Assembly (NCBI GenBank): GCA_016182555.1
Contig: JACPGJ010000008.1
Span: forward strand, 299,147 to 363,146
Direction: 5' to 3'
Source: Candidatus Kerfeldbacteria bacterium
Lineage (GTDB): Bacteria > Patescibacteriota > Patescibacteriia > UBA9570 > XYC2-FULL-38-9
DNA: 64,000 nt
Of the stretch, positions 19,807 to 28,653 are shown one piece after another (the stretch's first letter is position 1; every line of letters begins with the position of its first letter). Under the pieces are notes generated by a model that saw only the letters and a list, made by a program, of their open reading frames with translations, was not told where the DNA came from and did not search any database. A program made the position numbers and the translations under genes.

Positions 19807-21042
19807 CTATTCAACAATATCTTCAGCGGTAGTCCATTTAAAACCAGACGACCACGCGGAAAATTGTTGTTTGCCATTTTCTTTTTTTCCGAGCACCGCA
19901 CGCACAATTGCACGATATTGCGTATTCGCTTGTAACGCACGAACCGTATGACGGCGTGTTTTAATATTTTTGATCACGCGTATCGTTTGATCATTTTTCG
20001 GATTGAGCAATTTAATTTGATACGATTTTGCTCCTTTCATTTTTACCCATGTCAATACTGCTGAACGATCAGTTATTTTTTCTTCATCACCGGAAAGATG
20101 ACGTACGGCGCGTTGCGTAAATGTATACTGTTCTGTTGCAGTTTCGTCAGCGAGGGTCAACACCGCCCGTCCGGACGAGTCACTAAATGTATCACTATTA
20201 TACATTGCAGCCGATAAATTCACTGTATCGCCATATTTAAAATCTGCGTATTTAAACAATTCAGAAATATCTTGACTCACTTCAAAGGCATAATCTTCTT
20301 TTGACACTATGTCTGCATTACATTCTGCATCATCGCTTGCGTCATTAGAATCGCATGATTGTTCATCTTCTGACAGATCAATAGTCTGTAGTTCCGTATC
20401 TTCATTCGGATCAAACATTGCATCATCAAAGGTCACATCTTCATCCGATTCTTCATACAAGTATAATTTGGGTACACGGTCGTTTTCTTCTGAATCTCCA
20501 TTCAATTCTCGACCTTCATCCATGGTGAGATCCGCAGCAAAATACATAATGGAACCTTCACCAGCAATATCCTGAACTTTCCACACCATCCAATAATGAT
20601 AATCTGCCGGAAGTGTGAAATTGCCACCATCACTTCCATCTTCATTTTCCATACGCGACCAAAAATCCACATACTGATCTTGTTCTTGATCATAGAAATA
20701 CATCATCGGTTCTTCTGTGCGCAACATCATGAAGAACGTATCTGTATTGCAGACCTTCATCTGTTGAATATTCGCTTGTTGTGTCAAATTCGCTGAATAA
20801 CGCCAATTTTCCGGTTCTTCATTCGTCCATTCGCCAGTGTCAGAGTCAAGATAAGAAATGGTACCATCTACTGTTTCATCTGTATCAATTAAATAATTGA
20901 TATTTTCCCAATCTGCAACGTTGCCATCGGTCGTATCAATGCCCGAACAATCGAACGAATTTACGGTTAAGGCGTGCACTGATTGCGAACCAAAACTAAA
21001 GCACAGCATGATCGCTGTCATCAGTAGTAGATTTCTCTTCAT
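19807..21042 (-). CDS. Secreted highly acidic protein with C-terminal lysine-rich FN3-like domain
   Basis: Signal peptide MKRNLLLMTAIMLCFSFGSQSVHA; D/E-rich body; C-terminal ~90 aa (AVLTWVKMKGAKSYQIKLL...YRAIVRAV) resembles the C-terminus of the 1194-aa protein at 59348..62932. Confidence 0.5.
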   Translation of the reverse strand: MKRNLLLMTAIMLCFSFGSQSVHALTVNSFDCSGIDTTDGNVADWENINYLIDTDETVDGTISYLDSDTGEWTNEEPENWRYSANLTQQANIQQMKVCNTDTFFMMLRTEEPMMYFYDQEQDQYVDFWSRMENEDGSDGGNFTLPADYHYWMVWKVQDIAGEGSIMYFAADLTMDEGRELNGDSEENDRVPKLYLYEESDEDVTFDDAMFDPNEDTELQTIDLSEDEQSCDSNDASDDAECNADIVSKEDYAFEVSQDISELFKYADFKYGDTVNLSAAMYNSDTFSDSSGRAVLTLADETATEQYTFTQRAVRHLSGDEEKITDRSAVLTWVKMKGAKSYQIKLLNPKNDQTIRVIKNIKTRRHTVRALQANTQYRAIVRAVLGKKENGKQQFSAWSSGFKWTTAEDIVE

Positions 21043-21123
21043 AATTTTTCCCCCTGTTAATTATTATATTCCATTATAACAACAAGTGGGATGAACAAGC
21101 AAATTCAATATGATGAATGAAAA

Positions 21124-21606
21124 CTATTTTCGAACACTCGTGATGCGAATACGATGACGAAGACCAAAGGTAACCACGGTAAGCCCGAGGAAGATAGAAC
21201 CCACGCTCCAGAGCATTCCATAATACGGCAAGAATATCCATTCATTAAATCCGGTTGGTGTATAAAAAATGAATTCAAACAATACTGCCGATATGATAAA
21301 CACCAACAAAAATGGAAAAATACTAAATTTCGCAATCACTAATGCATCATGAATGGATACGGGGTGATAATAGAATACTATTTGTTGTGTTAACCAGAGC
21401 CAAAATCCAGTGAAAAAAATAGGAGAAACGAGTAGAATATACATTCCAATTGGCACCAAGGGAAGGGAAACAATGGCGAGTATACAAAAGGAAAAAATAA
21501 TGAATGCGTTATACACAGCAAATAATAATCCAATATGATGAGCGTGCAGGCGTTGCTCGCGTAGCTTGTGACCAAATGAAACGCAATACTGTTGAATGGT
21601 CTTCAT
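21124..21606 (-). CDS. Hypothetical integral membrane protein (4-5 TM)
   Basis: Hydrophobic 160-aa ORF, no recognisable motif. Confidence 0.4.
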   Translation of the reverse strand: MKTIQQYCVSFGHKLREQRLHAHHIGLLFAVYNAFIIFSFCILAIVSLPLVPIGMYILLVSPIFFTGFWLWLTQQIVFYYHPVSIHDALVIAKFSIFPFLLVFIISAVLFEFIFYTPTGFNEWIFLPYYGMLWSVGSIFLGLTVVTFGLRHRIRITSVRK

Positions 21607-21642
21607 ACTATTTATGAGTATATCACAAAGCAGAAAAAATGA

Positions 21643-22140
21643 TTACTCCTGCGTAGTCGATGAACGGGCAAACAACGCATCAATCGTATATTTCATGGCG
21701 GGCTTCATATTCAATAAAAACCAGCTCATGGCAACAAGGAGTATGACATCACGAAGTATCACGCTCGACGGTGTTTCTCCTAAACGAATAATACTCCCTG
21801 AACAACCACAATCGGTGAGCACCAACCCTCGTGCGATGGCTTGAGAGAGCGCCGTAATAAACATCAACAGTAAACCGGTAATCCCCCAAGCCGCCAAACG
21901 GGTAAAAAGACCAAGAATCAACAATACCCCCAAGGCAATTTCTATATACATCATGGTGCTGCCGAATGCCGGAACAATACTCACGGGCAGCATCTGATAA
22001 TCACGAATACTACGAAAAAATATTTCGTGCGGTTCAATGACTTTAATTATCCCGAAGAGTAGAAAAATGCCGCCAACGACAATACGAATAATCAAAAATA
22101 CTATCGGGTGTCTAAAAAATTTATTGAGTTGCTGTCGCAT
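21643..22140 (-). CDS. DoxX/MauE-family membrane protein with CGC motif, likely redox partner of adjacent DsbA-like protein
   Basis: 4 TM, LTDCGCSGS motif in a TM segment; overlaps start of downstream thioredoxin-fold gene. Confidence 0.5.
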   Translation of the reverse strand: MRQQLNKFFRHPIVFLIIRIVVGGIFLLFGIIKVIEPHEIFFRSIRDYQMLPVSIVPAFGSTMMYIEIALGVLLILGLFTRLAAWGITGLLLMFITALSQAIARGLVLTDCGCSGSIIRLGETPSSVILRDVILLVAMSWFLLNMKPAMKYTIDALFARSSTTQE

Positions 22141-22873
22141 TCAATGCATCGTCAATAGCTTTTTTTAAATTCACCGAATATGGTGGTTCGGCGACCGGGG
22201 CACCATTCACGAAAAATGTTGGTGTACCGCCGACGCTCAATGCACGACCTTCCGCCATATCTTCATTCACGCGATCGGCAATCGTCTGAGAAGTCACACA
22301 ACTTCCAAAAGCAGTCATGTCTAACCCAACACCCTCGGCATATTGGCTAAATAAATTCTGTGCTTCATCCTTTGTGCTCGCTGCTTCCCATTGTTTTTGT
22401 TTATCAAATATCACATCGTGCAATTCGAAAAATTTATTTTGATCAAAGGCACACTGACCAGCAATCGCCGCAGGAACAGCATATTTATGTTGTGACAGTG
22501 GAAAATCATTATACTCAAACCGAACCTTGTCTCCGTATGCTTTCAACAAATCTTTCACGACTGGATAAACAGCTGCACACGTTGGACATTGAAAATCGCT
22601 ATACTCTTTTAACACCACTGGCGCCTCTGCCGGTCCTTTGGATGGATCAGCAGATACATTAATCCGATCATCCACTGTTTTACGCGCGTACGCGACAACC
22701 ACAACAATGCCAACGACAATACCAATAAGCACAAACGCAAAAACAACCTTTTTCATCATGATTTTCCGCTCTTCTATTTTCCGTTGTTGATCGCGCTGCT
22801 TTTTTTCTTCTTCTCGTTGTTCTTTTTTTGATAATGCGCTGGATGGCGTTGTGGGTATTGAATTATCGGTCAT
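22121..22873 (-). CDS. Membrane-anchored DsbA-like thioredoxin-fold oxidoreductase (second copy)
   Basis: ORF 22121..22975, start placed at internal Met (MTDNSIPTT, 22873) to limit overlap with fba; TM anchor, CPTC active site (YSDFQCPTCAAVYP), C-terminal GGTPTFFVNG. Confidence 0.75.
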   Translation of the reverse strand: MTDNSIPTTPSSALSKKEQREEEKKQRDQQRKIEERKIMMKKVVFAFVLIGIVVGIVVVVAYARKTVDDRINVSADPSKGPAEAPVVLKEYSDFQCPTCAAVYPVVKDLLKAYGDKVRFEYNDFPLSQHKYAVPAAIAGQCAFDQNKFFELHDVIFDKQKQWEAASTKDEAQNLFSQYAEGVGLDMTAFGSCVTSQTIADRVNEDMAEGRALSVGGTPTFFVNGAPVAEPPYSVNLKKAIDDALNATATQ

Positions 22874-23855
22874 AGAATTTTTTCGATTCGTTAAGAGTGA
22901 GTTGATGAATCTTTGGTGCGTTTCCGGCAGCACCAAATTGTTGCATACGCAATTGTACCACATTTTTAAGTGCATCTCGAGCAGGTGCTAAATATTCGCG
23001 TGGATCAAATTTTTCTGGATGCTCCGCAAAAAATTGACGAATGGCACCAGTAATCGCAATGCGACCATCGGTATCCACGTTCACTTTCGCTACTCCGTGC
23101 GGGATGGCTTGTTGAATTTGCGCAATTTCAACACCTTTGGTATTGGGCATTTTACCTCCATATTGATTCACTAATGCAACCAAATCATCTGGTACAGAAG
23201 AAGAACCATGCATGACGAGCGGCATGTCTAAAATGCGACGGTGAATTTCTTCTAACACATCATGCGCTAACACACACTTCTCTTTGAATTTAAAAGCCCC
23301 GTGTGAAGTTCCAATGGCGACGGCAAGCGAATCGACCGCCGCTTGTTTCACAAACTCTACTGCTTGTTCTGGGTCGGTGACATGAATTTGTCCAGAACCC
23401 ACCTCATCTTCAATTCCACCAAGTGTGCCAAGCTCTGCCTCCACGCTTACGCCGAATGGGTGCGCATAGTCCACTACCGCTTTCGTCACTGCCAAATTCT
23501 CTTCAAACGATAATGGAATTTTCCCAGTTTCATCCAAAGAACCGTCAATCATCACTGAAGTGAAACCGAGGTCAATAGCGGTTTTCACAATCTCCAAACC
23601 ATTGCCGTGGTCCAAGTGCATAGCCACAGGAATTTCCGGGTGTTCTTCGGCGGCAGCCAAAATAATATTGCGCAAATAGGTCATACGCGAATATTTCAAT
23701 GCGCCACGGGACACTTGAATAAATACCGGTGATTGTGTTTCGGCGGCGGCATCAATAATGGCTTGCACCTGTTCCATATTGTTGGCGTTAAACGCGCCAA
23801 CAGCATAGTGGTTCGCAAACGCATGATCGAGTAGAATTTTTCCAGGAACTAACAT
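22863..23855 (-). CDS. fba: Fructose-bisphosphate aldolase, class II
   Basis: FNANNMEQVQAIIDAAAETQSPVFIQVS, HLDHG, GVSVEAELG: class II FBA/TBP aldolase blocks. Confidence 0.92.
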   Translation of the reverse strand: MLVPGKILLDHAFANHYAVGAFNANNMEQVQAIIDAAAETQSPVFIQVSRGALKYSRMTYLRNIILAAAEEHPEIPVAMHLDHGNGLEIVKTAIDLGFTSVMIDGSLDETGKIPLSFEENLAVTKAVVDYAHPFGVSVEAELGTLGGIEDEVGSGQIHVTDPEQAVEFVKQAAVDSLAVAIGTSHGAFKFKEKCVLAHDVLEEIHRRILDMPLVMHGSSSVPDDLVALVNQYGGKMPNTKGVEIAQIQQAIPHGVAKVNVDTDGRIAITGAIRQFFAEHPEKFDPREYLAPARDALKNVVQLRMQQFGAAGNAPKIHQLTLNESKKFYDR

Positions 23856-23861
23856 AGAAAT

Positions 23862-25145
23862 TTATTTATTGAATGTCAAACTATACAAATTGTACGATGT
23901 TTGGTTTCGTCCACGTACAAAATACCAGAACGAATCGAACTTGCTCACTTGGCGCGGTGCCGCTTTATCAGCGATCATACAATCGTCATCAAACCAGGTC
24001 ACCGCATCACGGCTCACTAAACAGCGATCAACAACCGTGGCTTCGTCATCGCTATTGGTCGAATTCTCTTGCATGCTCGCAAAGAGCAACCCCGTATCTG
24101 CAGAACCAAAAAGTGTTAAGGAATGATCCACCATATCGATCTCACTTTCAAAACTGAAATTGATTGGCGTAAATGTTTCGCCCGTTGTTGTGTAATACAC
24201 TTGGTTTTTATCATGCGTGAAAAGCGTAGACTGATGGTTCACAAAATCGGTGAACTTGCCGCCCGCACTGCGCCAGACAACGCCATTGGTTGAACGTAAT
24301 GTTCGCCAATTACTGCGTTTCGTGAGTGATTCGGCATCAAGGCTCGGGTTAATATAGCCAGAGATGAATAGCGTGTCGTTAAATGAAACCACTTCCTGAA
24401 CACTCTTGATCGGTAAGTTACCGTTATAATTGCCTAAACCGGCAGGAATAAATTTTTTTCCGTTTGGGGTGAGCGGTGAATACACCACCGATCGATATTT
24501 GGTCATAGGCGCTTCTTCCGTACCGGTCGTATACGAAAGGTTTGCAAACAGATATGGCGTGTCTTCAAGAATTTGGGTAGCGACATATTGTGGGTTATGT
24601 TTGCGCAATACTTTTTTATGCCAATCATCACCGTTGCTGGTGCTGAGTACCGCAATGAGCGAAGTGGGAGTTGTCGTTGTGGACTGCGCAATCACGTACA
24701 GCCGCTGTGGAGTAATGATCAAATCTTTCAACGAGATAGCTGTATCTTTAACGGTGAATGTTTTTTTCTCTTCCCAGGTCGTTCCATCGTCTGTGGATTG
24801 GTAAAGCGTGATGCCGTCTGCGGTGGTCAACGTAAAATAGAGCGCATCATTAAATTCTATCATATCATCATCGGCATCAAGATTACCTTCAGCGGCAAAA
24901 ACAAGACCAACGGCATTCGGGTTCTCGGTTGATTGTCTATATAACCGCTTCTCTTCATAACTCCCACGGTCAATGTGATCGACCAAAAACGTGTAATCAC
25001 CAATAACACGAATCGTGTGAACATCTTCAAGTGAATCATCAAATAATGGACCGTCCAGGGTAAGCTGGTCGGTTTCAATTTGTGCGTGAACAAACGACGG
25101 AAACGTAGCAAGAGCGAACATGAATGTGGCAAGTAGACGTTTCAT
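23862..25145 (-). CDS. Secreted BNR/Asp-box repeat (beta-propeller) protein
   Basis: Signal peptide; four Asp-box repeats (STDDGTTW, STSNGDDW, RSTNGVVW, SRDAVTW). Confidence 0.55.
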   Translation of the reverse strand: MKRLLATFMFALATFPSFVHAQIETDQLTLDGPLFDDSLEDVHTIRVIGDYTFLVDHIDRGSYEEKRLYRQSTENPNAVGLVFAAEGNLDADDDMIEFNDALYFTLTTADGITLYQSTDDGTTWEEKKTFTVKDTAISLKDLIITPQRLYVIAQSTTTTPTSLIAVLSTSNGDDWHKKVLRKHNPQYVATQILEDTPYLFANLSYTTGTEEAPMTKYRSVVYSPLTPNGKKFIPAGLGNYNGNLPIKSVQEVVSFNDTLFISGYINPSLDAESLTKRSNWRTLRSTNGVVWRSAGGKFTDFVNHQSTLFTHDKNQVYYTTTGETFTPINFSFESEIDMVDHSLTLFGSADTGLLFASMQENSTNSDDEATVVDRCLVSRDAVTWFDDDCMIADKAAPRQVSKFDSFWYFVRGRNQTSYNLYSLTFNK

Positions 25146-25152
25146 AAAATAA

Positions 25153-26142
25153 TTATAGTGAAAAAATCATTGGTTTTCGTTTCGGATCAAGCGAATGAAT
25201 AGATTCCACAAAACGGACAGTGCCGGCTTGCAGTGCCATCACCATCGAATTGGTTCGTGCACCACCGGGGAAAAATTGAACCCCATGAAGCAAATCACCA
25301 TTCGTCACGCCCGTCGCCGCAAAGAGCATCTGTTTTCCTGGCGCCAGGTCTTCAATCGTGAGCACGCGCTGAGGTTCAGCGATCCCTGCATGTGTGAGTT
25401 TCGCGCGGTCTTGCGCTTCATCAGCACCGTCGCGGACCACAAAATGCGCTTGCATATATCCATTCAAACATTTGAGCGCCGCCGCCGCAAGAACTCCCTC
25501 TGGTGCACCACCCGTGCCCATCATCGCATGAATATTCGTTCCACGAACTGTTGCGGCAATCGCGGGAAGAATATCACCATCAGTAATCAGTTTGATGCGG
25601 GCACCAGTCGCGCGGATCTCCGCAATCAATGCGGCGTGCCGAGGTCGGTCCAACACAACAACGACCAACTCTCCAAGTGTGCGGCTGAGTGCTTGCGCCA
25701 AGGCTTTAAGGTTTTTTTTCACTGGTGCGTGAATATCAACACGATTAGCAGCCTCTGGGCGAACCACTAATTTATTCATATAGATATCTGGTGCATGGAG
25801 CAACCCACCACGTTCAGCCATTGCCATCACCGTGATTGCGTTATTCATTCCGCTTGCCGTGAGATTTGTGCCTTCGAGTGGATCGACGGCGATATCAATT
25901 TCTTGGCCCGCATCCGGTGACTGTCCAAGTTTCTCACCAATATACAACATGGGTGCTTCATCCAATTCCCCTTCTCCAATCACCACTGTGCCGCGGATAT
26001 CTAATTCATTCAGACGGGTACGCATAGCGGTCGTTGCCGCATCATCAGCACCGATTTTGTCACCAGTTCCCATAAACCGCGCAGCCGCGATTGCCGCTTC
26101 TTCCACGACCCGAATCAAATCTAATTCTAATAGCTTATGCAT
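25153..26142 (-). CDS. glpX: Fructose-1,6-bisphosphatase class II (GlpX)
   Basis: Start at internal Met MHKLLELDLIRVVEEAAIAAARFMGTGDK (cat 26140-26142); GlpX-type FBPase blocks throughout. Confidence 0.9.
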   Translation of the reverse strand: MHKLLELDLIRVVEEAAIAAARFMGTGDKIGADDAATTAMRTRLNELDIRGTVVIGEGELDEAPMLYIGEKLGQSPDAGQEIDIAVDPLEGTNLTASGMNNAITVMAMAERGGLLHAPDIYMNKLVVRPEAANRVDIHAPVKKNLKALAQALSRTLGELVVVVLDRPRHAALIAEIRATGARIKLITDGDILPAIAATVRGTNIHAMMGTGGAPEGVLAAAALKCLNGYMQAHFVVRDGADEAQDRAKLTHAGIAEPQRVLTIEDLAPGKQMLFAATGVTNGDLLHGVQFFPGGARTNSMVMALQAGTVRFVESIHSLDPKRKPMIFSL

Positions 26143-26188
26143 AGGTCTATCATAGCGAAAATTCACTGAAATGACAAAGAAGCAAAAG

Positions 26189-27064
26189 TTACTTTTGAGT
26201 TGTACAAGTAAAATGATCGCCAGGAGTGGTGCAGGTGACGCGACCTTGCTGGTCAGTGCGGAAAACCACCGCCCCACTCTGTTGCAAACGCTTCAGTGTT
26301 GCGAACGTTGGGTGGCCATATTTATTCTGCGCTCCAACAGAAATCAACGCCACTTCCGGCGTGGTTGCCGCTAACAATTCCGGCGTCGTACTATATCGAC
26401 TACCGTGGTGAGACACTTTTAATAAATCAATATCCATACTCGATTGACCAAATTCTGGGTAGCTTGCGACAATCTCATTTTCAATACGGCCAGAGACATC
26501 CCCCATCATGAGCGCCGTCGCATCTTTATAATGCAAAATGATTGAAACCGAATTATCATTCGTCTCGGGTTCTACATGTGCCGGGTCTGCCGGATTCAAA
26601 AACTCTAACCACACCCCGTCTTCTATATCTAAACGCCAGCCACGATATGCTTGCCAGACTTCTATGCCATACCGCTCTGGCCACGCCTGTACCGCCGCCG
26701 CCGCTGCCGTGTCTTTTGGCGCGCCACTAATAATCAGATGTCCAATGGTATAGCGTTCCGGTAATTCACCCAAGCCCGCAATATGGTCGCTATCCGGATG
26801 GGTCGAAATCACTAATTCCAATGTATGGTCATAAGGTGGCATTGCTTCCCCTAATTGATAGAGCACACTGCGATCTGGACCACCGTCGACCAAAATATCA
26901 TTCCCCTGCGGCGTGCGAATATAAATAGAATCTCCCTGGCCAACATTAAGCGCAGTAATGCTGAGCGTATGTGTTGTGGTCGGTTGCCATTGCCATAGGC
27001 AGTACGTCACGAAACCCGCAACACCAAGAACAATGAGTAAAAAATTTTTTTGACGTGTACTCAT
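26189..27064 (-). CDS. comEC: ComEC/Rec2 C-terminal metallo-beta-lactamase domain protein (separate ORF)
   Basis: Start at MSTRQKNFLL (27064) forming an ATGA overlap with the upstream N-terminal ComEC ORF; TM then MBL motifs (ALNVGQGDS, ISTHPDSDHIAGL, VSHHGS). Confidence 0.8.
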   Translation of the reverse strand: MSTRQKNFLLIVLGVAGFVTYCLWQWQPTTTHTLSITALNVGQGDSIYIRTPQGNDILVDGGPDRSVLYQLGEAMPPYDHTLELVISTHPDSDHIAGLGELPERYTIGHLIISGAPKDTAAAAAVQAWPERYGIEVWQAYRGWRLDIEDGVWLEFLNPADPAHVEPETNDNSVSIILHYKDATALMMGDVSGRIENEIVASYPEFGQSSMDIDLLKVSHHGSRYSTTPELLAATTPEVALISVGAQNKYGHPTFATLKRLQQSGAVVFRTDQQGRVTCTTPGDHFTCTTQK

Positions 27065-28494
27065 ATATTTTTTCTTCTCTGTATACGCACAGCAAAAAAA
27101 GCAATCATCACAAACAATGCCAACAACAACAATGGATGGAACGACGGAATGGGTAATGACGCGTATGGAAAACGGGCGAGCACTTGCATAATTTGAATAA
27201 AGAGATGAATAAGAAAATAGAGCGGGAGTGCCAACCACACCGTGACCTTCGGCAGACACAACGCCAATATCGCAATCACAGCTCCAGCAAGCGTGATAAC
27301 CGTCATAATCGGCACTAAAATGATATTCGCAATGAGCGAAATGGCAGAAAAGGTATGAAAATTATAAGCAATAATTGGTGCAGTCGTGGCAGACGCGGAG
27401 AGCGTGGTCGCAACACAGGTTCGCAGCCCAAGCAACTCTGGAATGCGGGTGAATGTCTTTTCAAATGGACGGGTAAATACAATAATCCCGACCGTTGCGG
27501 CAAATGAAAGTTGGAACCCAACATCATAGAGCAGCAATAATGGGTTAACGAATACCATGGCTGTCGCGACAAACAAAATAATACGCAGTGCTTGCCCGCG
27601 CCGACCAAATAATTCTGCAAAAAGAAGCGTGCTGGAGCAAAACACGGCACGCATAGCTGATGCTTGCACGCCCGTAAACACGCCGTACACACCAAGTGAA
27701 ATCATGACGAACAGAATCGCCCATCGTTTTGGTATGGGTAAATATTTCATTGTGGAAATGAGCACCTGCGCGATTAACACAATTTGCATACCGGAAATGA
27801 CTAACAAATGCGTGGTACCCGTGAGTTGAAATTGTTGCAATAATGCTGGGTGCACTGAATGCTGCTCGCCAAACAAAATACCAAGCAGCAACGTATTCTC
27901 TGGAAACGGCATAATTTGTTCTAGCGCATAAACAGCCTTTTGCTTGAACACAAAAAGTGTTCGCATGAACGATTCGTGTTCACCCACCTTTTCTACTGTT
28001 GGAAAAGAGCACAGCGCACCAACGCCATGCCGGGCTAAATATTGATCATAACGAAATTCGTTAAACGCCTCTGGTTTACGGAGGTTACAGGCGACAGTAA
28101 GCCGGTCACCCACTTGAAAACGAGGCTGCAGTGGAAGTGTCAACTGCAACAACCCATGAATATTGCGACTGGAGACCGTAATGCGTTGTTTATCCAACGC
28201 GAGGTCTGGTTCCCGTACGATCTCTGCCGAGATATTGACATACTGGTCATACGGGTTGTCAGAATAATCTGGTAAAAATAATGCGCGCCCAGACGCTATG
28301 CAAAGAGTAATAATGAGAAACACGAAAACGCGAATTTGCGGTGAACGTAACATACTTCCGAAAAATGCGGCAAAAACAAAAACAATGCTGACAACCATCG
28401 CAGACAGCTGCGTGGTTGTTGCGATACCTGTGCCAATAACATACGCTAAGCAACAGAGAACAAGAATCGTCGATTTATGGAGTGATGAAAACAT
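27061..28494 (-). CDS. comEC: ComEC/Rec2 N-terminal membrane channel (competence) domain protein
   Basis: 477 aa polytopic membrane protein with DUF4131-like N-term and Competence domain; stop overlaps start of MBL-domain ORF. Confidence 0.8.
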   Translation of the reverse strand: MFSSLHKSTILVLCCLAYVIGTGIATTTQLSAMVVSIVFVFAAFFGSMLRSPQIRVFVFLIITLCIASGRALFLPDYSDNPYDQYVNISAEIVREPDLALDKQRITVSSRNIHGLLQLTLPLQPRFQVGDRLTVACNLRKPEAFNEFRYDQYLARHGVGALCSFPTVEKVGEHESFMRTLFVFKQKAVYALEQIMPFPENTLLLGILFGEQHSVHPALLQQFQLTGTTHLLVISGMQIVLIAQVLISTMKYLPIPKRWAILFVMISLGVYGVFTGVQASAMRAVFCSSTLLFAELFGRRGQALRIILFVATAMVFVNPLLLLYDVGFQLSFAATVGIIVFTRPFEKTFTRIPELLGLRTCVATTLSASATTAPIIAYNFHTFSAISLIANIILVPIMTVITLAGAVIAILALCLPKVTVWLALPLYFLIHLFIQIMQVLARFPYASLPIPSFHPLLLLALFVMIAFFAVRIQRRKNI

Positions 28495-28522
28495 AAAAAG
28501 CCCTTCAAATACAAGAAGGGCT
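28495..28522 (-). terminator. Intrinsic terminator downstream of glmS (minus strand)
   Basis: 8-bp stem agcccttc/gaagggct with 8-nt loop, followed on minus strand by TTTTTAT; 130 nt after glmS stop, directly before comEC start. Confidence 0.65.
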
Positions 28523-28653
28523 GTCCAATCGCTAAAAACATAGCAAAGATAAAAATTTTTGACAAATCACTATTCAAACAGAGATGGAATCGCCAACATC
28601 ACCCCGTATTCTTTGGAGCATCAACTGGTGTGCAGTGAAGAATGACAAAACAG

